Below, piece by piece: positions 14,760-17,896 of a stretch of 17,896 bases of DNA (its first letter is position 1; each line of letters starts with the position of its first letter). The stretch is from a virus: the UHGV virus genome UHGV-0103875, one strand, 5' to 3'. A program made the position numbers and the translations under genes. Below the pieces are notes generated by a model, which saw only the letters and a program-made list of their open reading frames with translations, searched no databases and had not been told where the DNA came from.

Positions 14760-15343
14760 GCAACGTGATTTTTACTTATAACGAAGAAGCAGCACTGACC
14801 GCAGGGCAAGGTGGTTTTATTAACGAAACTGGCGCTCATATCATTACCATTACTGAAGCAGAACTAAAGCAATCAGAAAAAGGAGCCAAATTTATTGAGT
14901 TTTCTGGCGAATCCGACGACGGACGTAAAATCCAATATCTTAGCGTCTGTGTTCAGAAAAATGACGGAACGGAAAACAAATTTGGCGCAAATGTCGTTCA
15001 CGCCATGATGGGGTGTGCCGGGATTGGACAATTAACGCAGCATATGGTTTCCGCCAGTAAATTTGTTGCTCCTGAGTTTCACGGAAAGAAAATCGGGTTA
15101 GTGCTACAGAAAGTATTAACCACAAACAAAAAGACTGGTGCAGACAGTTACCAGATGGAAATACGCATCCCGTTTATTGCACAAACAGGTCAAACACTTA
15201 AAGAAAAGGCGGAAGGCAAGCAACCAGAAACTATCGCCAACATGGTTGCCAGCCTCAAAGATAAAGACAATCGCTCTAAAAACGTAAGCCAGAATCATGC
15301 AGATGATTATGGTTACAGCCAGAACGATTACCCTCCTTTCTGA
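14756..15343 (+). CDS. Putative SSB-like partner protein (195 aa) with acidic C-terminal tail ending DYPPF
   Basis: ATGA-coupled to the ATPase. The C-terminus …HADDYGYSQNDYPPF resembles the SSB interaction tail (DDDIPF). Body is not recognisably a canonical OB-fold by eye. Confidence 0.35.
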   Translation: MSNVIFTYNEEAALTAGQGGFINETGAHIITITEAELKQSEKGAKFIEFSGESDDGRKIQYLSVCVQKNDGTENKFGANVVHAMMGCAGIGQLTQHMVSASKFVAPEFHGKKIGLVLQKVLTTNKKTGADSYQMEIRIPFIAQTGQTLKEKAEGKQPETIANMVASLKDKDNRSKNVSQNHADDYGYSQNDYPPF

Positions 15344-15366
15344 TTACTGAAAATAAGGCTCCCATT

Positions 15367-15663
15367 ATGCCAGCGCCTCTGTATGGTGCGGATGACGCTC
15401 GCCGCTGTTCCGGCAATTCCATATCGGAGGTGCTGGAAAATATCAAGAATAATCTCGACGCGTTTCTTGCTCTGCCACCAGAAACAAAAGAAGAACGGAA
15501 GTACCGACGCGATATACAACTCGCAGAAAAACAGGAAAAAGACAGAATAAACGAAACATCAATCCGACCATTCCGCAAATTCACATATACCCACTTCCCT
15601 GAATATATCGACCCGCGCCTGCGTAATTACCGCTCACGCTATGGCGCTATCAGTAATGACTGA
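15367..15663 (+). CDS. Hypothetical protein (98 aa)
   Basis: Complete ORF in the same orientation as the operon; no recognised motifs. Confidence 0.4.
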   Translation: MPAPLYGADDARRCSGNSISEVLENIKNNLDAFLALPPETKEERKYRRDIQLAEKQEKDRINETSIRPFRKFTYTHFPEYIDPRLRNYRSRYGAISND

Positions 15664-15673
15664 GGAATTTACC

Positions 15674-15841
15674 ATGAGAGGACTTGCATACAATCCCGGC
15701 ATTCTTCCGGCAGAAATGATTATTCACCAACGCGTAAAGCCAATGCCATCGAGAGAAGAATTGCTTAAGAGAAATAGTTTCGGTTCTGTTAATGACAACA
15801 AATATCTGAATGCGATGCGGCGCAAAGGAGGCAACCAGTGA
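15674..15841 (+). CDS. Hypothetical small protein (55 aa from ATG 15674)
   Basis: GAGGA RBS seven nt upstream of ATG 15674. C-terminus …RRKGGNQ is encoded by the conserved junction module shared with the next cassette boundary. Confidence 0.4.
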   Translation: MRGLAYNPGILPAEMIIHQRVKPMPSREELLKRNSFGSVNDNKYLNAMRRKGGNQ

Positions 15842-16563
15842 GCGAAATTAACTATAAAGAACTGCGCGAGGCGGCGAAACAGGCAACGCAAGATGAATGG
15901 GTAGCATATATTTTGCCGGGTCATAACGGCATTTATCCTGCGCGCACGTCTGAGGGTAGGCATTGCGGATACTTTATTGACTGGCCTAGCGTCTGTCAGG
16001 GGCGGGAGAGCATCAACATGAGCATCAGAACCTACGCAGTGAATTGCAATGACGCATGGCTAAACACCGAAGGTGATGACATCTCCGGCTCATACGTTAA
16101 GTACAAAGACCATCAGGAAGTGGTTGCCGCTCTTGAGGCCAAGTGCGCGGCGCTGGCGGCGGAGAATGAGCTGGCTCGTAAGGCAGTTCAGGCATTCTGC
16201 GATGTTGTTGGCGACAACACCGAGGTTATCGCTGAGGAGGTTGGGCGAGATGGCGTTCTGGTTATTTTGGGGGCCATGAAGGCAACAGGAAATATTTCAG
16301 CCACCGATGCTTTTCTGGCTGAAATTCGTGCGGAAGCACGCAACGAGGGGATTAACTATACCGCCAGCCGTCTTGCTGCTGCGTTCAATCACGGATTTAT
16401 CAATAAATCTTTGCGTGAAGTTTTCGACGTTACACGCATGATTTTGTCAGCGAAAGAAGAGTTGGCTAATGAACCGCATCCGATTGATGGCCTGTCCGGT
16501 GAATATGCGGAGAAATCCCTTGAAGAATGGGCGGAACAGATTCGCAAAGGAGGCAAGCAGTGA
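15838..16563 (+). CDS. Ead/Ea22-like protein (241 aa), GTG start
   Basis: GTG 15838 with AAGGAGG six nt upstream and GTGA overlap with the preceding stop. N-terminus [21 protein letters not shown] is the Ead/Ea22-type signature and is paralogous to the ORF at 16861. Confidence 0.6.
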   Translation: MSEINYKELREAAKQATQDEWVAYILPGHNGIYPARTSEGRHCGYFIDWPSVCQGRESINMSIRTYAVNCNDAWLNTEGDDISGSYVKYKDHQEVVAALEAKCAALAAENELARKAVQAFCDVVGDNTEVIAEEVGRDGVLVILGAMKATGNISATDAFLAEIRAEARNEGINYTASRLAAAFNHGFINKSLREVFDVTRMILSAKEELANEPHPIDGLSGEYAEKSLEEWAEQIRKGGKQ

Positions 16564-16859
16564 GTGTATATCTTATTGATAAACGTCGACGTGGGCAACA
16601 AATACCACCTGTAGGAATTCCGAATCACACATGGTTTTGCGTACTTGATATCGATGGTATGGATGCGTTGGTTGACACTCGTCATTACTGCGATACCGCA
16701 ACAGCTACTCCGGCGAAAGCAAAGAAAATGGCTGCTCTGATAGAAAACTGGACTCCACCTGATGGTTGGTGCAATGGGAATGATCGAGATTGGCATGAAA
16801 AAATGAAGGGCTATATCTGCGATTTCTTACGTAAATGCAACGGATTCAGGGTGATGTGA
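16560..16859 (+). CDS. Hypothetical protein (99 aa), GTG start
   Basis: GTG 16560 with AAGGAGG upstream and GTGA overlap, an exact structural repeat of the 15838 junction. Cys/Trp/His-containing product (…WFCVLD…HYCDT…WCNGNDRDWHEKM…). Confidence 0.5.
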   Translation: MSVYLIDKRRRGQQIPPVGIPNHTWFCVLDIDGMDALVDTRHYCDTATATPAKAKKMAALIENWTPPDGWCNGNDRDWHEKMKGYICDFLRKCNGFRVM

Positions 16860-16860
16860 C

Positions 16861-17358
16861 ATGAACAAGATTGACTATCAGGCACTGCGTGAGGCGGCAG
16901 AGAAGGCAACGTGGGGAGACTGGGACTCATATAAACCACACCGTGGCGCACGTGGTTATGAGGTCCGACTAAGTAGTCAGGCCATTGCGCAACACGTTCT
17001 GAAAAACAACGCTGAATTTATTGCTGCCTTTAATCCAAAGATTGCTTTGGCACTACTGGATGAACGGGAAAGGAACCAGCAATACATCAAACGCCGCGAC
17101 CAAGAGAACGAGGATATTGCGCTAACGGTAGGGAAGCTGCGCGTTGAGCTTGAAGCAGAAAAACAGCGGGCAAAAGTTCTATTTATGGAAAATGCTCGGC
17201 TTAAGTCAGGCATAGCCGGTCTGATACACCTCGGTATTCGATATGCAGATGTTGAGGTCATGAAAATTGCTGGAGATGCCCAGCTTTCTACCCCATGCAC
17301 TGACAGCATCATAAATAGCATTACAGCAGGTATTTTCACCAAAGAGGGGGCAGCATGA
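16861..17358 (+). CDS. Ead/Ea22-like protein (165 aa)
   Basis: N-terminus MNKIDYQALREAAEKATWGDWD is paralogous to the 15838 ORF; coiled-coil middle (…LRVELEAEKQRAKVLFMENARLK…). Confidence 0.6.
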   Translation: MNKIDYQALREAAEKATWGDWDSYKPHRGARGYEVRLSSQAIAQHVLKNNAEFIAAFNPKIALALLDERERNQQYIKRRDQENEDIALTVGKLRVELEAEKQRAKVLFMENARLKSGIAGLIHLGIRYADVEVMKIAGDAQLSTPCTDSIINSITAGIFTKEGAA

Positions 17359-17543
17359 TGAGAACTATAGAAGTTCGCGCTGAGGACGTAATACCTGGTG
17401 ATGTGGTCATAACATCTAAAGGTCAACAATGTGCGGTTAAATCTTTCTGGATGGACGGTGACAAAGTGACTCTGTTCGGTACGGATGGTTCCGAAACGGA
17501 TTATGACTACGACGAATTGCTTGTTGTTGAGAGAGCTGCCTAA
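17355..17543 (+). CDS. Hypothetical small protein (62 aa)
   Basis: ATGA overlap with the upstream stop; complete ORF; acidic C-terminus. Confidence 0.4.
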   Translation: MMRTIEVRAEDVIPGDVVITSKGQQCAVKSFWMDGDKVTLFGTDGSETDYDYDELLVVERAA

Positions 17544-17896
17544 TGACCACCTTTACCAAAGAACAGTTAATCTCCCATGCACGCGAAAGCGTTAGTTATC
17601 TGGAAAACTTGAAAGGACGTGTTAGCAAAGAAGGTGCGGACTGCAAAGTTGTTCTTGAGATGGTTGAACGAGATCTAGAACTGGCACGAATTGCACTGGC
17701 ATCACTGGAAGCAGAGCTGATAGGTTTCCGTTGCAGGCGCAATGATAACCTTGGTGATTGGAGTTACGTATATCATCGAGAGCCAGATGATTTTGAGCGC
17801 AAACATTTAGTGATAGAGGGCATTTACGCCGCCCCTCCAGAGCCGGTAGTGCCGGAAGAAGCAACTCCGGAAAACGTAGAAATGCTCTCTGGCTAT
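17543..17896 (+). CDS. Hypothetical protein, 5' part; gene continues beyond the window end
   Basis: ATG 17543 overlaps the preceding TAA (TAATG). Open frame with no stop to the window end: MTTFTKEQLISHARESVSYLENLKGRVSKEGADCKVVLEMVERDLELARIALASLEAELIGFRCRRNDNLGDWSYVYHREPDDFERKHLVIEGIYAAPPEP…. Confidence 0.5.
   Translation, partial: MTTFTKEQLISHARESVSYLENLKGRVSKEGADCKVVLEMVERDLELARIALASLEAELIGFRCRRNDNLGDWSYVYHREPDDFERKHLVIEGIYAAPPEPVVPEEATPENVEMLSGY

Overview
This window is a mosaic lambdoid (lambda-like) prophage segment, running in reverse orientation relative to the standard lambda map, from the lysis genes through the immunity region into the early-left operon. Left to right: a phage-21-type lysis/late-control block on the minus strand (SAR endolysin R partial, pinholin S with dual start, two tRNA genes, Q21-type antiterminator); a nin region (ninH, rusA, ybcO-like, Rha/KilAC antirepressor-like, ninF, an unknown ORF, ninE, a Dam-like methyltransferase, ninB) chained by ATGA overlaps; a non-lambda replication module (O-like initiator with internal iterons, plus a DnaB-family helicase interrupted by an intein with a LAGLIDADG endonuclease); then a lambda-type immunity region read directly from the sequence (cII-like, nutR, cro, OR1-3, cI, OL1-3/PL, nutL, N). 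The rexA/rexB slot between cI and the terminator before PL is occupied by an unrelated, AT-rich, translationally coupled two-gene cassette (about 159 aa and 310 aa), which I consider the best candidate for an undescribed phage-defence or abortive-infection system. Downstream of N are further cargo genes: an unknown 156-aa ORF, a highly charged coiled-coil protein, cIII, a kil-like ORF, a RecA-like P-loop ATPase with an SSB-like partner in place of Red, and Ead/Ea22-like paralogs. All calls rest on reading the sequence and remembered protein families; no database search was run.
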